Of a stretch of 20,254 nt of DNA, positions 8,149 through 16,974 are shown one piece after another. The DNA comes from Bdellovibrionales bacterium (GTDB lineage: Bacteria > Bdellovibrionota > Bdellovibrionia > Bdellovibrionales > UBA1609). Positions within the stretch are counted from its first letter, which is position 1. Every line of letters begins with the position of its first letter. Position numbers and translations under genes: made by a program. The notes beneath the pieces are model-generated. The model was not told the DNA's origin and searched no databases. It saw only the letters and a program-made list of their open reading frames with translations. The stretch covers positions 1 to 20,254 of the forward strand of contig JAWLHR010000028.1 in assembly GCA_041690295.1 (NCBI GenBank), written 5' to 3'.

Positions 8149-8703
8149 ATGCTGTTCTACTTTGTCCGACACGGCCAAACCGAGGCCAATGCGCGGGAAA
8201 TTTTGGCGGGCTCGGGAATCGATCACCCTCTCAATCATGTGGGCCATCGCCAAGCGAGCCTGTTGGCGGAAAGCGTGCAAAACGTCATTTCCCATCCCAT
8301 CCATCGGGTGGTGTCCAGTGATCTCATGCGCGCGCGGCAGACGGCCGCGTATATCGGCGAGCGCTTCAACCTCGAAGTCGAATTTCACTCCGGTTTGAGG
8401 GAGTGGCATCTCGGTGAGTGGGAAGGGAAGAGTTATAGCGAATTCGCCCATCTGCTCCTGGGCGGTGGCGAACCTAAAAACGGTGAGTCGCGTGAAGTGT
8501 TTTACAAGCGCGTTGAATCCGCCTGGAAAAGTGTCCACAGCGACAGTGATCCCTATATCGTCGTCAGTCACGGCGCGGTTTGGCTGGCTTTGCAGGATCT
8601 TTTGCGAATCCCGCGATTTAAAATAAACAACTGCGATCTGGTCCGGGTTTGGTCCGAGGCCCAAGCCGGTCAATGGAGCGCGGAAATTCTCAAGTTTTGC
8701 TGA
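8149..8703 (+). CDS. Histidine phosphatase family protein (phosphoglycerate mutase-like)
   Basis: FVRHGQT at the N-terminus, plus SSDLMRARQTA, LREWHLGEWEG, GES and VVSHG. The true start is ATG8149. Confidence 0.92.
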   Translation: MLFYFVRHGQTEANAREILAGSGIDHPLNHVGHRQASLLAESVQNVISHPIHRVVSSDLMRARQTAAYIGERFNLEVEFHSGLREWHLGEWEGKSYSEFAHLLLGGGEPKNGESREVFYKRVESAWKSVHSDSDPYIVVSHGAVWLALQDLLRIPRFKINNCDLVRVWSEAQAGQWSAEILKFC

Positions 8704-8705
8704 GA

Positions 8706-10184
8706 TCAAAGCGGGCGGCAGGAATCCACACAATCGAAATTCGTCGCCACCAAGGCATTGGCCCGACATTCGGGAGTTCGGCGGTGGCGGACCACGGAAA
8801 GGCTTGGTGAGTTGGGAACCCCCGAGCCGCCGAAGCGCGCCTTACAGGCGGCCACCGCGTAGTTGGTCAGTCCGGTGCGGTAGGTGCTGGATTCCGCCAG
8901 ATAATCCTTGGCCAGGTAACGATTGATCCCGACTCCGCCCTTGGACGGCGAACTTTGCGCGATCACGAAGTCGAATCCCGTGTAGGTGAGAACACTGCTC
9001 GTGCAGTCGGAAAGACTTTTGGCGCGCGCCAGTCCAAAGGGATCAGGACCGACGCTATCGACGATATTCACATGGCCGTTAATGGCGATGATGTCGCCGG
9101 GCTCGATTTGGGGCTTGCTCTGGCTGAAGACCAGCTTATCAAGACAACGAAGCCCGTTCGATTGCGGCTCTTTGTACGCCGAGGAGCCGATGCCATGGAC
9201 CAGATCGGCCTTGAGGATTTTCTTGGGATCCGGGTCCATTTTCAATCCCGCCAATGCCAGCGATGAAAAGACGAAAGCCGAACAATCGATGCCAAGAACC
9301 GAGGTGCCGCTGCCGCCGTTTTTGAACATGTTCAGCTCAGAGGGGGACGAGGCGGTGGTGTAAGGTTTGCCACCGAAATCGTAGATCAGCGGGGATTTCC
9401 TGACTTCGAAGCAGGAGTTCTTCGCCAGTTTGCGATTGGCGATGTAGTAATGGGTGGCGTTGACCTGGGCGAGTGAAGCGATTTCGCGCCTTTTCCCTCC
9501 CGCCGGATGATCACCGACGATTTTAATGCCCTGAACACTGGCGGTGTTTTTGTTCATGGGAGGCGCATCGATCACTTCACAGCTTTGATAAGCGGTGGCG
9601 ATGGTTTTAAAGATGCCTTCAAGCTCGGGATAGGGTTGGGATTTGAATTGATCCCAAACCGTGACGACTCCGGCGGGCGGAGGAGTTTCACGAGGTTCTT
9701 CCGGGGCCGCGCAACTGGAGTTCAAGCTCTTTTCCGCGGCTTCCAAGCGGGCGAGCGATTGCTTGATTTCAGCGTTCAGCTTTTTATGCGTGTCCGTGGT
9801 TTGAATACCAATTTCCAATTGCGCCAAGGCCTTCTTCCAGGTGCCGACGTCGGCCGGCGCGAAACTGCGGCGAATGCCGTCGATGGTCCGCCGGTAATTT
9901 TCAACGAAGCTTTCGACGTATTCGTCCCAAGCTTTCCCGCTAAGCCCCCTCTTTTCGCCCACGTTCAGCAATGCCGCTCGCACGTCCTCGGCGGTTGGAG
10001 GATTGAGGTTGGTCTCCACGGCCGCGTGGAGACTATTCCACATTTCGCTTTGCGCCGATTCACACCCGATGTAATCCAGTGAACGTTCAGCGATATGAAT
10101 TGCAGGTTTTCCAATTGGAGCGCAGGCGACGAGAGCGGGTGGCAACAAAATCGACGCAATTTTGCGAATTAATGAGCGTCCCAT
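8706..10184 (-). CDS. Lipoprotein with a C-terminal NlpC/P60-like papain-fold domain, 492 aa
   Basis: Lipobox LVA-C, then a helical N-domain and a Pro-rich linker. The C-terminal part has YDFGG...GIDCSAFV...PGDIIAINGHVNIV, the Cys/His pattern of NlpC/P60. Confidence 0.75.
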   Translation of the reverse strand: MGRSLIRKIASILLPPALVACAPIGKPAIHIAERSLDYIGCESAQSEMWNSLHAAVETNLNPPTAEDVRAALLNVGEKRGLSGKAWDEYVESFVENYRRTIDGIRRSFAPADVGTWKKALAQLEIGIQTTDTHKKLNAEIKQSLARLEAAEKSLNSSCAAPEEPRETPPPAGVVTVWDQFKSQPYPELEGIFKTIATAYQSCEVIDAPPMNKNTASVQGIKIVGDHPAGGKRREIASLAQVNATHYYIANRKLAKNSCFEVRKSPLIYDFGGKPYTTASSPSELNMFKNGGSGTSVLGIDCSAFVFSSLALAGLKMDPDPKKILKADLVHGIGSSAYKEPQSNGLRCLDKLVFSQSKPQIEPGDIIAINGHVNIVDSVGPDPFGLARAKSLSDCTSSVLTYTGFDFVIAQSSPSKGGVGINRYLAKDYLAESSTYRTGLTNYAVAACKARFGGSGVPNSPSLSVVRHRRTPECRANALVATNFDCVDSCRPL

Positions 10185-10195
10185 GACCGAAGCTC

Positions 10196-10222
10196 TTTTC
10201 GGCTCCCGTCGGGCGCACTTGA
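10196..10222 (-). promoter_or_regulatory. Putative sigma28 (FliA) promoter of the NlpC/P60-like lipoprotein
   Basis: Minus strand TCAA-N15-GCCGAAAA versus the consensus TAAA-N15-GCCGATAA; it ends 11 nt before the ATG. Confidence 0.65.
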
Positions 10223-10324
10223 GCTTTGGCCGCGATAGTCACAAGGCGTTAACTGCGGGTGAGAATTCACTTTGATCTGTCAAAGAGTTATTCGTAAGAC
10301 AACGTCTCGAACCAAGGATAGAAC

Positions 10325-13093
10325 ATGAACTCCTTCGAAACCTTATCCACGATTCAGATCAACGACACGAAATACCAGTATTACTCTTTGCCCGCGCTCG
10401 GCAAAAAGCTCGGAATTGATCTCGATCGCATGCCTTACGGGCATAAAATTCTGCTGGAAAACCTGTTGCGCTTCGAAGACGGCGAGGTGGTGAAAAAGTC
10501 CGATATTGAGGCGTTGCTGAATCAGGACCCCAAGAAGGAATCCACCCATGAAATTCAATTCACTCCCGGCCGCGTCTTATTACAAGATTTCACGGGCGTT
10601 CCGGTGGTGGCTGATTTGGCGGCCATGCGCGCGGCGATGGTGGCGCGAAAAGGGAATCCCGATAAAGTGAACCCGCTTCAGCCGGTGGATCTGGTGATCG
10701 ATCACTCGGTTCAGGTGGATCATTTCGGCAGCAAGGACGCGTTCGCCAAAAACCTGGAAATGGAATTCAAACGCAATCAAGAGCGCTATCAGTTTTTAAA
10801 ATGGGGCGCGCAGGCGTTCGATAATTTGAAAGTTGTTCCGCCGGGAACCGGCATCTGCCATCAGGTGAATATCGAGTATCTGGCGCATGTGGCTTTGACA
10901 TCGAAAAAGGCCAATTTGAATTACATTTATCCGGACACGCTGGTGGGTACGGATTCACACACCACCATGGTCAACGCGCTTGGCGTGGTCGGTTGGGGTG
11001 TGGGCGGTATCGAAGCCGAAGCCGCCATGCTGGGACAACCTTGCACCATGCTGATTCCGCAAGTGATCGGGTTTGAATTCACCGGACAACTGCCTCCGGG
11101 CGCGACGGCGACCGATTTAGTTCTGACCGTCACGCAAATGTTGCGTAAAAAAGGTGTGGTTGGAAAATTCGTTGAATACTTCGGTGATGGCGTGTCCACA
11201 TTGAGCGTGGCGGATCGGGCGACCATCAGCAATATGTCTCCCGAGTACGGCGCCACCATCGGTATTTTCCCGGTGGACGCCAAAACCATCGAATACTTGC
11301 GGGCCACTGGACGGGCCGATCGGGCCGAGCGCACCGAGGCTTACTTCAAGGCCCAAGGTCTTTTCACGACCAAACCGAACAAGAACGTGCAGTACAGTGA
11401 TCTGCTCCACTTGGATTTGAGCACGGTGGAGCCGTCAATGGCGGGTCCCGCGAAGCCGCATGATCGTCATTCGTTGAAAACCGTTCGCAATTCCTTCCGG
11501 AAATTCGCACTGAACCGGTTCGCCGAGGACGTTAAGAATATCGAAACCAGTAAGCTTCAGGCCTGGAGCGAAAACTCCGGAGCGTTGAACGGCAAAACTC
11601 CGGAACTGGAACCCACGCACCCGGATAAAGATTTAGGCGTCTTGGGCAAAAGTGTGGCGATTAAAGATCCCTCGGGAGCCAGCTACAATCTGACCCATGG
11701 CTCGGTGGTGATCGCGGCGATCACGTCTTGCACCAATACGTCCAATCCCGACTTGATGATGGGAGCCGCCTTGCTGGCCCGCAATGCCGTCAAAAAGGGC
11801 TTGAAGCCGAAACCTTGGGTGAAGACCAGCTTCGCTCCGGGATCAAAAGCGGTGACCGATTATCTGCGAAGCGCGGGATTGATGGATTCGTTGGCGGCGA
11901 TCGGTTTTGATTTGGTTGGTTACGGTTGCACCACTTGTATTGGTAACTCGGGACCGCTGCCGCCGCACATTCAATCCGCGATCGAGCAAGGGGGCCTGGC
12001 GACCGCGGCGGTTCTTTCGGGCAATCGCAACTTCGAAGCGCGAATTCACCCGCAGGTTCTGGGCAACTATCTCGCTTCGCCGCCCTTGGTTGTGGCCTAC
12101 GCCCTGGCGGGTAATATCCAATTGAACCTCGCCGTGGATCCCGTGGGTTACAATGACAAACACGAACCGGTTTACCTCAAAGACATTTGGCCGGATCGTG
12201 AAGAGCTCAGCCAGTTGGTGATGAAACATGTGACGTCGGCGCAGTTTCAAAAAGCTTACTCCGATGTCTTTACCGGCGACAGTAACTGGCAAAAAACGCA
12301 AAGCGCGTCGGGTGCGACTTACAATTGGTCGGCGGATTCCACCTACATTAAACAACCGCCGTTCTTCGATTCGAAACTCATTGAAGAAGCTAAAGATCGT
12401 GAAATTCGTGGCGCGCGGATCTTGGGATTGTTCGGTGATTTCATCACCACCGACCATATCTCTCCGGCGGGAAGCATCGGCAAGTCCACTCCGGCGGGAA
12501 TTTATCTGATGGATAATGGTGTGAAGCCCGAGGATTTCAATTCCTATGGTTCCCGAAGGGGGAATCATGAGGTGATGATCCGTGGAACCTTCGCCAACGT
12601 GCGAATCCGCAATAAGATGGTGGACCGTGAAGGCGGTTTCACGCGGATTTTCCCCGAAAACCGCGAGACCACCATTTACGATGCGGCCGAGGAATATCGC
12701 CGCCGCAATACGCCCCTTGTGGTCTTCGCCGGAAAAGAGTACGGCTCCGGCTCTTCACGCGACTGGGCGGCTAAAGGCACGCGCCTGTTAGGCGTGCGCG
12801 CGGTGTTGGCCGAAAGCTTCGAGCGGATTCACCGTTCGAACCTGGTGGGCATGGGTGTGTTGCCGATTCAAATCGATGGCGCCCAAGTGGCCGCCCTTGA
12901 ACTTAAAGGTGATGAGGAAGTCGATATCCTGGGACTTGATCAAATCAAGCCCGGCGGCACCATTCAGGTGAATTTGCGCAAAGACGGCAAGTCCGCCACG
13001 CTGACCGCCAAAGTCCGGATCGATACGCCTAACGAACTTAAGTACTTCCAAAGCGGCGGCATTTTGCCTTACGTGCTTAACCGCTTAGGTTAA
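10325..13093 (+). CDS. acnA: Aconitate hydratase AcnA
   Basis: Motifs RVLLQDFTGVP, VDLVIDHSVQVD, GICHQVN, GTDSHT, IAAITSCTNTSNP, GYGCTTCIGNSG, TTDHISPAG and YGSGSSRDWAAKG. AAGGA RBS upstream. Confidence 0.98.
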   Translation: MNSFETLSTIQINDTKYQYYSLPALGKKLGIDLDRMPYGHKILLENLLRFEDGEVVKKSDIEALLNQDPKKESTHEIQFTPGRVLLQDFTGVPVVADLAAMRAAMVARKGNPDKVNPLQPVDLVIDHSVQVDHFGSKDAFAKNLEMEFKRNQERYQFLKWGAQAFDNLKVVPPGTGICHQVNIEYLAHVALTSKKANLNYIYPDTLVGTDSHTTMVNALGVVGWGVGGIEAEAAMLGQPCTMLIPQVIGFEFTGQLPPGATATDLVLTVTQMLRKKGVVGKFVEYFGDGVSTLSVADRATISNMSPEYGATIGIFPVDAKTIEYLRATGRADRAERTEAYFKAQGLFTTKPNKNVQYSDLLHLDLSTVEPSMAGPAKPHDRHSLKTVRNSFRKFALNRFAEDVKNIETSKLQAWSENSGALNGKTPELEPTHPDKDLGVLGKSVAIKDPSGASYNLTHGSVVIAAITSCTNTSNPDLMMGAALLARNAVKKGLKPKPWVKTSFAPGSKAVTDYLRSAGLMDSLAAIGFDLVGYGCTTCIGNSGPLPPHIQSAIEQGGLATAAVLSGNRNFEARIHPQVLGNYLASPPLVVAYALAGNIQLNLAVDPVGYNDKHEPVYLKDIWPDREELSQLVMKHVTSAQFQKAYSDVFTGDSNWQKTQSASGATYNWSADSTYIKQPPFFDSKLIEEAKDREIRGARILGLFGDFITTDHISPAGSIGKSTPAGIYLMDNGVKPEDFNSYGSRRGNHEVMIRGTFANVRIRNKMVDREGGFTRIFPENRETTIYDAAEEYRRRNTPLVVFAGKEYGSGSSRDWAAKGTRLLGVRAVLAESFERIHRSNLVGMGVLPIQIDGAQVAALELKGDEEVDILGLDQIKPGGTIQVNLRKDGKSATLTAKVRIDTPNELKYFQSGGILPYVLNRLG

Positions 13094-14976
13094 AGTTCGA
13101 TCTGCGAGCCGATTTCGATCACTTGGTCATAGGGGATCTGAAAGAACGAGGGCGCGCGATAGGCATTGCGTGACATGAACGAGAATAGATGTTCTCGCCA
13201 GATCGCCATGCCGCCCGCTTTGCGTGAGGCGATCAAGGTTTCGCGCCCGACAAAGAACGTGACATCCTTTAAATCCACATCCAGTCCGCCGAGACGGAGG
13301 GACTGGAGCACCTCGTGAATGACCTGTGCCTCCATGAATCCGAAGGCACAGGTCACCCGCCAAAGATTATTGGGATGGCTTTCGATATGGGCCCGTTCCG
13401 CGCGGGGAACGCGCGGGACGTCCTTGGTGATCAAGCTGAGAAGAATCACGCGCTTGTGAATCACTTTATTATGTTTCAGGTTCCGGGCCAGCGCCGGCGG
13501 GATCATGTTGATATCGGTGGTTAAAAAGATCGCGGTTCCCCGGACGCGGTGGACATCCGGATCAAGTGGTGTGGTGACGAAATCATCGAAGCTTTCGCAC
13601 TGACTGCGAAGTCGGATGCCGAGGATGCGGCGACCGCGTTTCCAGGTGGTCATCAAAGTGAAAATGATTCCGGCGATGGTTAAAGGCACAAAACCGCCAT
13701 GGGGAATCTTATCCAGATTGGCGCCCACGTAAACCACATCGAGGCCGATCAGGAGTGAACCCATCAACGCCACGCTTCGGAATCGCCAACGCCATCTTTT
13801 GTAGGCCACGATCAAAGCAAAAAGCGTGGTGATCGACATGGTCATGGACACCGACAGACCGTAGAGGCCGACCAGGCTTCTTGAGTCTTTGAATTCAATC
13901 ACCAGCCAGATGGTGGCGATCATCAGTGCCCAATTCATGAAGGGGAAAAACACCTGGCCGATTTCTTTGCTGGAAGTGTGAACGATTTTAAGTCGGGGAC
14001 AAAAGCCGAGGGCGATCGCCTGGCGGGTGAGCGAGAACACTCCGGAAATCAAGGCTTGTGAAGCGATCACGGTGGCCATCGTGGCCAAGATCACCAATGG
14101 ATAAAGCGCCCATTCCGGTGCGAGAAGAAAGAAAGGATTTCGCGCGGTCTCGGGATTGTTTAAAATCAGCGCGCCTTGTCCCAGATAATTGATCACCAGG
14201 GCGGGAAAGACGACCGTTTTCCACGCTTTGCGGATCGGGGCACGGCCGAAGTGTCCCATGTCGGCGTATAAGGCTTCACATCCGGTCACCACCAAAAACA
14301 CCGAACCCATCACCCAAAATCCGTTCGCTCCCTGAGTTTCGAAAAAAAGATACGAGTAATAGGGATTGAACGCGTACAAGATGTGCGGGGTTTGAAAGAG
14401 CTGAGGAAGACCAAGCGCGATCAACGTCAGAAAATAAATAAAAATAATTGGCCCGAAGACAAATCCGATTTTGGAGGTGCCGATGTTTTGCAAATAAAAA
14501 AGTCCCGCCAAGATGGTGATGGTGATCGGCAATATGTAAGGATCAAACACGGGTGTGGCGAGACTGAGTCCTTCGACGGCGGAAAGAACCGACAAGGCGG
14601 GCGTGACCATCCCGTCGCCGCAAAGAAGTGCGGCTCCGAAAAGACCGAAATAAATGAACCAGCGTTTGCTGCCGCCGGAAGTTTTGCTGGGCGGAACGGC
14701 CAGGGCCAACAAAGATAGGATTCCACCTTCGCCTTTGTTGTCGGCGCGAAGAACAAAATAAATGTACTTCAACCAAGCGGTGAAGATGAAAGTCCAAATG
14801 ATCAGCGAGAGGATTCCGATAACATTCTCGTCGGTGATCGGGATGTTGTAACGTGATGAGAAGCTTTCGCGAACGGCGTAAAGGGGAGATGTTCCGATGT
14901 CACCGAAGACCACCCCAAGCGCGGCGAGAGTCAGCCCCCACGCTCGGGTAGAATCCTGTTGCTGATGATTAGTCAT
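13090..14976 (-). CDS. kup: KUP/HAK/KT potassium transporter
   Basis: Motifs GVVFGDIGTSPLYA, ADNKGEGG, GDGMVTPALSVLSAVEG, TGCEALYADMGHFG and ASQALISG. About 12 TM segments plus a cytoplasmic tail. Confidence 0.97.
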   Translation of the reverse strand: MTNHQQQDSTRAWGLTLAALGVVFGDIGTSPLYAVRESFSSRYNIPITDENVIGILSLIIWTFIFTAWLKYIYFVLRADNKGEGGILSLLALAVPPSKTSGGSKRWFIYFGLFGAALLCGDGMVTPALSVLSAVEGLSLATPVFDPYILPITITILAGLFYLQNIGTSKIGFVFGPIIFIYFLTLIALGLPQLFQTPHILYAFNPYYSYLFFETQGANGFWVMGSVFLVVTGCEALYADMGHFGRAPIRKAWKTVVFPALVINYLGQGALILNNPETARNPFFLLAPEWALYPLVILATMATVIASQALISGVFSLTRQAIALGFCPRLKIVHTSSKEIGQVFFPFMNWALMIATIWLVIEFKDSRSLVGLYGLSVSMTMSITTLFALIVAYKRWRWRFRSVALMGSLLIGLDVVYVGANLDKIPHGGFVPLTIAGIIFTLMTTWKRGRRILGIRLRSQCESFDDFVTTPLDPDVHRVRGTAIFLTTDINMIPPALARNLKHNKVIHKRVILLSLITKDVPRVPRAERAHIESHPNNLWRVTCAFGFMEAQVIHEVLQSLRLGGLDVDLKDVTFFVGRETLIASRKAGGMAIWREHLFSFMSRNAYRAPSFFQIPYDQVIEIGSQIEL

Positions 14977-14985
14977 CTAGATATT

Positions 14986-16974
14986 ATGGACATACTAAGT
15001 CATGACGAGCAATACGTGCAGCTAGAGCGGGAACTTAAACGCTTTGTTAGACAGATTCGACCTGGACTCATTGGCGCGACGTCGAATGCCAACGTCAATT
15101 TGGCCCAGGTCATTGAAGATCTCAAGACCATTCCGGACACACAAAAAGAATTAGCGCAAGGATTAAAAAGTTTGTTGACGACGCGGGATTTTGTCCCTGC
15201 GTTGACCGAAACGGGATTAACTCTCGAGTCGGGTGTCTTCAGCGAAATTTTTAAGCGGATCGAGTACAAGTTCTTACCCAAGGCCCATGACAGCAACGAC
15301 ATCCTGGCCCTGATCGCCACCATCTTTGATTCGAAACGAAGCGATGCCCACTGGCTGGAGAATCTGGACCGGGACCTGTTCGCGGAGTTTCTCTCGTTGA
15401 TTCTGCCGCCGAAAGAGGAACTGCTCGAAGCGCTGATCCCGCAGCTCTTTCTCAGTCTGGAAATCCTTGGCCTGCGATTGGCGGCTTTGGGTTTCGATCC
15501 TCTGGTCGGTCAACGGCTGAAGCGTCGGCCCGCTTACCAGAACGCGTTCGTGGAAGTTTCCCGCCATGTGCAAAGCCTGCTCGATGGCACCGGAGAGATT
15601 GAACCCTCTTTGGTTAAAGTGAGAAAGGCGCTTGAAACCTGTCTTGAGGGCGTGAACTGGATCCGATCACGGCGTCAAGTTGACGGCGCTTCACTGGGGT
15701 TGACCTACCGGTTGATGAAAATCCAGCAAAAAGTGCATCGGATGCAGGCACTCCTCGATGTCATCGAGGTTTCTTTCGGTGAATGGGATCCGAAGCCGGC
15801 TTTGGATTTGTTTTTTGAAATCACGCTGGCGGAAATTCAGCGATTCGACCTTTTGAAATTCCTTGGCCACAACGTCGAGATGGTCGCCTACCAGGTGACC
15901 GAACACACGGGCAAGGCCGGTGAGCACTACATCACCCGTAACCGCGAGGAATGGGTGGATATGTTTCGCTCGGCGGCCATTGGCGGAGTGATTGTGGCGG
16001 TGCTGGCGGTCCTGAAGATCATCATCGCTAATTTGCATATGCAACCCATTCCGGAAGCTTTCGCGTTTGGCACGCTTTACGCCGTGGGGTTCTTATTCAT
16101 CCTTTATGTCGGCGGCACCCTGGCGACCAAGCAGCCGGCGATGACCGCGGCCACGTTGGCGCACGCGCTGGATGCGGCGAAAACGTCAAAGGCCGCCATG
16201 GAAAACCTCGCCGAGGTGATTGTCCGGACCTTTCGTTCGCAGTTGGCGGCACTACTCGGCAATTACCTCGTGGCGTTTCCGGCGGCGGTCTTGTTGATCA
16301 TACCCTTTGAACTATTAAAGTTTCCGGTGATGTCAACGGACAAAGCCAAGTCTCTGATCGATAGCTTGCATCCGATCGGCCCTTCGTTTTGGTATGCGGC
16401 GGTGGCGGGAATCGGTTTGTTCTTATCCGGCGTGCTCGCGGGATTCGCCGATAATTGGTTTGTCTTTAACCATGTCGGTTATCGCTTAAGGCAATCCGAA
16501 CTCCTTCGCCGCATCGTGGGCCCACAGAATTTGGATCGCGCGATCAAATCCATTGATCACAATCTCGGATTTTGGGTGGGCAACGTTTCTCTCGGTTATT
16601 ATCTGGGCTCCATCGGCGCCCTTGGCAAAGCATTGGCTTTGGCGAACCCGCTCGATACCCGTCACATCACCCTTTCCACCGCGCAGTACGGGGCCGCGAT
16701 CGCGACTTTGCATTTCGCCATGCCCGCGGGCTCGGCCCTGTTGATCGCGGGCAGTGTTTTTGTGATGGGCTTGATCAATTTGGGCGTGAGCTTTTCATTG
16801 AGTCTGACCTTGGCCGTGAAATCCCGAAGGATCAAGTTTTCGCAATCGCCGGAATTGTTGCGTCTGTTGGCGCGGCGGCTGCGAGAGCGGCCCTTGGATT
16901 TTTTCATTCCACCCAAGGATCCTCAGGTGGAGCTTGAGGTTCCGGTTGAAATCCCGAAAGATCGTACATCATGA
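14986..16974 (+). CDS. Gcr/SpecificRecomb-family polytopic membrane protein (start uncertain: ATG14986 or GTG15016)
   Basis: Family motifs GEHYITR, TLATKQPAMTA and LDTRHITLST. A helical soluble N-half is followed by about 6 hydrophobic segments. Confidence 0.8.
   Translation: MDILSHDEQYVQLERELKRFVRQIRPGLIGATSNANVNLAQVIEDLKTIPDTQKELAQGLKSLLTTRDFVPALTETGLTLESGVFSEIFKRIEYKFLPKAHDSNDILALIATIFDSKRSDAHWLENLDRDLFAEFLSLILPPKEELLEALIPQLFLSLEILGLRLAALGFDPLVGQRLKRRPAYQNAFVEVSRHVQSLLDGTGEIEPSLVKVRKALETCLEGVNWIRSRRQVDGASLGLTYRLMKIQQKVHRMQALLDVIEVSFGEWDPKPALDLFFEITLAEIQRFDLLKFLGHNVEMVAYQVTEHTGKAGEHYITRNREEWVDMFRSAAIGGVIVAVLAVLKIIIANLHMQPIPEAFAFGTLYAVGFLFILYVGGTLATKQPAMTAATLAHALDAAKTSKAAMENLAEVIVRTFRSQLAALLGNYLVAFPAAVLLIIPFELLKFPVMSTDKAKSLIDSLHPIGPSFWYAAVAGIGLFLSGVLAGFADNWFVFNHVGYRLRQSELLRRIVGPQNLDRAIKSIDHNLGFWVGNVSLGYYLGSIGALGKALALANPLDTRHITLSTAQYGAAIATLHFAMPAGSALLIAGSVFVMGLINLGVSFSLSLTLAVKSRRIKFSQSPELLRLLARRLRERPLDFFIPPKDPQVELEVPVEIPKDRTS

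Noticed and set aside
14986..16974. Gcr 'site-specific recombinase' as the invertase acting on the flanking inverted repeats
   Set aside because: The protein is a polytopic membrane protein with no recombinase catalytic motifs, and the family name is not evidence of activity here.
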